DNA of 64,000 nt from Methanomicrobia archaeon. Its GTDB lineage: Archaea > Halobacteriota > Syntropharchaeia > Alkanophagales > Methanospirareceae. The stretch lies in assembly GCA_011049045.1 (NCBI GenBank), contig DSCO01000061.1, positions 228 through 64,227 on the forward strand, read 5' to 3'. The notes beneath the pieces were generated by a model. That model saw only the letters and a program-made list of their open reading frames with translations. It did not search any database and was not told where the DNA came from. Position numbers and translations under genes: made by a program. How positions within the stretch are numbered: position 1 is the stretch's first letter; each line of letters begins with the position of its first letter. Of this stretch, positions 61,335-64,000 are shown one piece after another.

Positions 61335-61709
61335 ATGTACAACTCGCTCAGGGAGCTTGGTATCGAAGCGGAACGTAAAGGGCGAGCAGAGATGCGTGGT
61401 GACTCGAAGTCAGCAAAGATAAAGACACTTTTGTACCGGGCGATGACACCCATCTTCTTCAATATCCAGACCGAGAAGGAATGCTATCACTTCATCTTCC
61501 AGAAGGATGGCTCGGTCGTTTTATCTCCTGGATTACACCCTAAGCCGGACATTAACTTGACTGGTGCGTACGACGAAGTAATCCACCTGCTGCAGACGCG
61601 AGATAAAAAACTGTTTGAGCTGGTTCAGCGGACGGGCAAGATCACGATAACAACGCCCACGTTCAAGGGTCGCGAGGCAGTCGTCAAATTGCGGGAGATG
61701 TTCCACTAA
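61335..61709 (+). CDS. Hypothetical SCP2-like small protein
   Basis: 124 aa. Hydrophobic pattern consistent with an SCP2 sterol-carrier fold. Low certainty. Confidence 0.35.
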   Translation: MYNSLRELGIEAERKGRAEMRGDSKSAKIKTLLYRAMTPIFFNIQTEKECYHFIFQKDGSVVLSPGLHPKPDINLTGAYDEVIHLLQTRDKKLFELVQRTGKITITTPTFKGREAVVKLREMFH

Positions 61710-61778
61710 CGAACGAGCCGCGCCGGCAGCATGTGAAACACCCGTCAACACCACGGGTTTACAGATCACCGTCTACAC

Positions 61779-62183
61779 TCACTTTTTCTGCTTTTCAGAC
61801 GCCTTTTCGAGTTTATCGAAGGCGGCCCGCATCAGTTCCTCGCCTTCCGTTATCCGCTCAAAGGCGCGCCGGAGCAATTCGTTCCCCTCTTCGAGCGGCG
61901 TGATCCACGATTCAAATGCATCCTTTGCATCGTCAAACGGTTTGAGGAGCTCTTTGAAGACGCGTTCTGTCTCTTCCGAAGGCGTTATCCAGTCCTTAAA
62001 GCGCTTCTCTTCCTCGCCGATGGGCTTGATCCGCTCCTCAAATACCCGCTCCGCTTCTTTGAACGGCTTCAGCAAGTCCTGAAACGCCTGCTTCATCGCC
62101 TCAAACGGCGGTCGGAGCTCTTTAAACGCCTTCTCAGCGTCCTCAAATTTGGCAACCAGGGCTTTAAATTCCGGTTCTTGCAT
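61779..62183 (-). CDS. Hypothetical repetitive amphipathic-helix protein
   Basis: 134 aa. About five imperfect ~22-aa repeats of the pattern F(K/E)ELLKPF..A...F..WITP. Highly charged, with a predicted coiled coil. Confidence 0.4.
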   Translation of the reverse strand: MQEPEFKALVAKFEDAEKAFKELRPPFEAMKQAFQDLLKPFKEAERVFEERIKPIGEEEKRFKDWITPSEETERVFKELLKPFDDAKDAFESWITPLEEGNELLRRAFERITEGEELMRAAFDKLEKASEKQKK

Positions 62184-62466
62184 ATCACCTGTTCACTCCT
62201 TACACCAGCAAATACAAAAAGGGTGCCGGCAATAAGATACTTTCTATACCTTCCGCTTCTGCAGCACCGTTACCAGCAACGCTAACCTGTTTATCGGTCA
62301 TTTACCAGGACGAGCTCGAGCCTGTCTGCAAGCAACCGTGCAACATCATGCAGGCTAGCTTATTTACTGCAGAAGGGAATGTTTTCCTAGAGGTCCTGTG
62401 CCTGCAGAGTGAGGTGCCTCAGATCACGCCTGCTTCCAGTCTACCACAGATAAAGTATCACGTACC

Positions 62467-63457
62467 ATGTTTCACCTGTTGATTCGGTTTCTCAGGACCA
62501 TCTCGTGGCGCGTCCGAGAGCGACGCACCTTGATTTATGCTGGCATCTATCTTGCCGCGTTATGGATCGTGGCCACACTCCTGTTCCATCTCTGCGAGCA
62601 CGTCTCGCTCTTCGACGCGTTTTACTGGAGTGTTACCACCACGACCACGGTAGGCTATGGCGATATCGTTGCGCGGACCGCTATCGGTAAAATCGCTTCA
62701 ATTGCCGTGATGCTCAGTGGTATTGGCATCTTAGGGTTGCTCTTGGCGAGCTTTACGGACATCCTGATCGAAACAAGTTTAAAAAGGCGGCATCGCATCA
62801 GATCTTTCATGGAGGGGCATGTCATCGTCTGTGGCTGGGACAACAAGCTGGAGATCGCGGTCAAGGAATTACTGGCTACAGGTAGGGAGGTGGTCGTAGT
62901 CGCCGACGTTGCTGATATTCCCCTGGTGCATGAGAAGCTCATCTTCATTAAGGGCGACCCGAGTGAAGACGAGAATCTGAAGCGGGCGAATGTAGAGAAG
63001 GCGGCCTTCGCACTGATCTCCGGGAAGGATGAGACCGAGACATTGCTCTCAGCTATCGCGGTGGAAAAACTCAAGACCACTATGCATACCACCTGCATTG
63101 TTTCGGACCCGAAAGTTGCGCAAGCGATGAAGAAGACGGGCGTGGAGCAGACCTTATCGGCCGATGAGTTCTTCGGCCTGCTCCTCTCACGATCTGTTTT
63201 TGTGCCGGAGCTCTCGAGCTTTTTGAACGAGATGCTGGGCGTCCGGGGGATGGATCTGCATCAGGAGCGCATCCCTACGGAGTTCGAAGGTAAGACGTTT
63301 TTGAGATCCTCACACGGCTCAAAGAGCGATATGAGACCATACCCGTGGGGCTTGTGCGCGATAGCAGGATGACGCTCAATCCAGAGAAAGGTGCCATTTT
63401 GCGCGCAGGCGGTGAACTCATGTACATAGCTGAGGAGAAATTAAACCTCGGCTCGCA
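62467..63457 (+). pseudogene. MthK-like K+ channel (2TM pore TTVGYGD + RCK/TrkA-N + TrkA-C), frameshifted in a T5 run near 63297-63301
   Basis: ORF 62467..63372 carries the pore and RCK-N. The TrkA-C segment (…VFEILTRLKERYETIPVGLVRDSRMTLNPEKGAILRAGGELMYIAEEK) continues in the +1 frame to TAG at 63455-63457. Confidence 0.6.
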
Positions 63458-63545
63458 AAGACGATAGTCGCTGACTAATCGTCCGCGCGCATGAAGCTGG
63501 AAGCGTTGCTTCGGTTTACGAATCGTACCTCATTCGATTACTCAA

Positions 63546-63956
63546 TCAAGCGGGCACGAACTTCGTCCCGTAGTAAATGATGCCGCGCTCACCCTCCTCA
63601 CCCAGTTTCCTGAACACCGCACGCACACGCATGCCAATATGGATCGTTTCAGGATCACAGATGATCTCCGAGAGCATACGCGTGCCCTCATCGAGCTGGA
63701 TGATCGCGAGGGTATAAGGTGTCTGACGGTTCTGGTTTCGTGGCGCTTGATAGACCGTGGAGAAGGTCACGATCTCACCCGTGCCCTTGAATTTATACGG
63801 CTCAATGCTCCCCTTGCGCCGGCACTGCGGGCAGACCAGTCGTGGCGGGAAGTAGTAACTCCCGCAGTTGGTGCAGTGCGTGCCCTCTAAGTTATAGCGC
63901 GATTCCTGCCATCGCCAGAATTTTGCCGTGGCTGCCATATAAGTTCGAGCCTCCAA
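63546..63956 (-). CDS. Zn-ribbon/OB-fold protein (DUF35), typical partner of archaeal thiolase/HMG-CoA synthase
   Basis: CTNCGSYYFPPRLVCPQCRR zinc ribbon followed by an OB-fold region. 136 aa. Confidence 0.7.
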   Translation of the reverse strand: MEARTYMAATAKFWRWQESRYNLEGTHCTNCGSYYFPPRLVCPQCRRKGSIEPYKFKGTGEIVTFSTVYQAPRNQNRQTPYTLAIIQLDEGTRMLSEIICDPETIHIGMRVRAVFRKLGEEGERGIIYYGTKFVPA

Positions 63957-64000
63957 TGCTCAATATGTTCGTCCTCATATAAAAACCGTTATCCAGGGCT

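Overview
This 64-kb window is archaeal. It carries archaeal-type AlaRS, a tandem-domain tRNA-splicing endonuclease, family-B DNA polymerase, archaeal NMNAT, r-protein L32e, an archaeal SRP RNA and a PGF-CTERM-anchored protein. GC content is about 55%. The gene content points to a methanogen or alkane-oxidising Methanomicrobia-like archaeon.

The dominant feature is a roughly 23-kb tetrapyrrole and nickel super-locus (36.1-59.1 kb). Together with the Ni/Co uptake systems it holds all five coenzyme F430 genes (cfbA; cfbE-cfbD; cfbB; cfbC). It also holds the full C5 route to sirohydrochlorin (hemA, hemL, hemB, hemC, hemD, cobA/SUMT, sirC). It contains a CbiMNQO-type Ni/Co ECF importer and an FwdE-like/NikABCDE-like ABC operon. 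An IS5-family element sits directly after cfbC.

Upstream of cbiM is a tandemly duplicated promoter plus small-ORF leader unit, about 400 bp per copy. One copy is intact and one is decayed. A 19-nt motif is shared among three nickel-transport promoters.

A second block (15.5-23.1 kb) encodes an HMGL-family condensing enzyme (Re-citrate-synthase/homocitrate-synthase-like), aconitase, a two-subunit ATP-citrate lyase and NADP-IDH.

Other calls:
- a DUF1538-DUF1538-PII-like operon;
- a CooT-like Ni-binding mini-protein;
- a stand-alone Rad50/SbcC-like Zn-hook ATPase;
- duplicated TrkH plus TrkA;
- the SRP RNA;
- the housekeeping genes serA, eno, pyrH and rpl32e.

Three genes show single-base frameshifts: trkH-1, a nikB-like permease and a K+ channel. 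These are either real pseudogenes or homopolymer assembly errors.

No CRISPR array, rRNA or convincing tRNA was seen.
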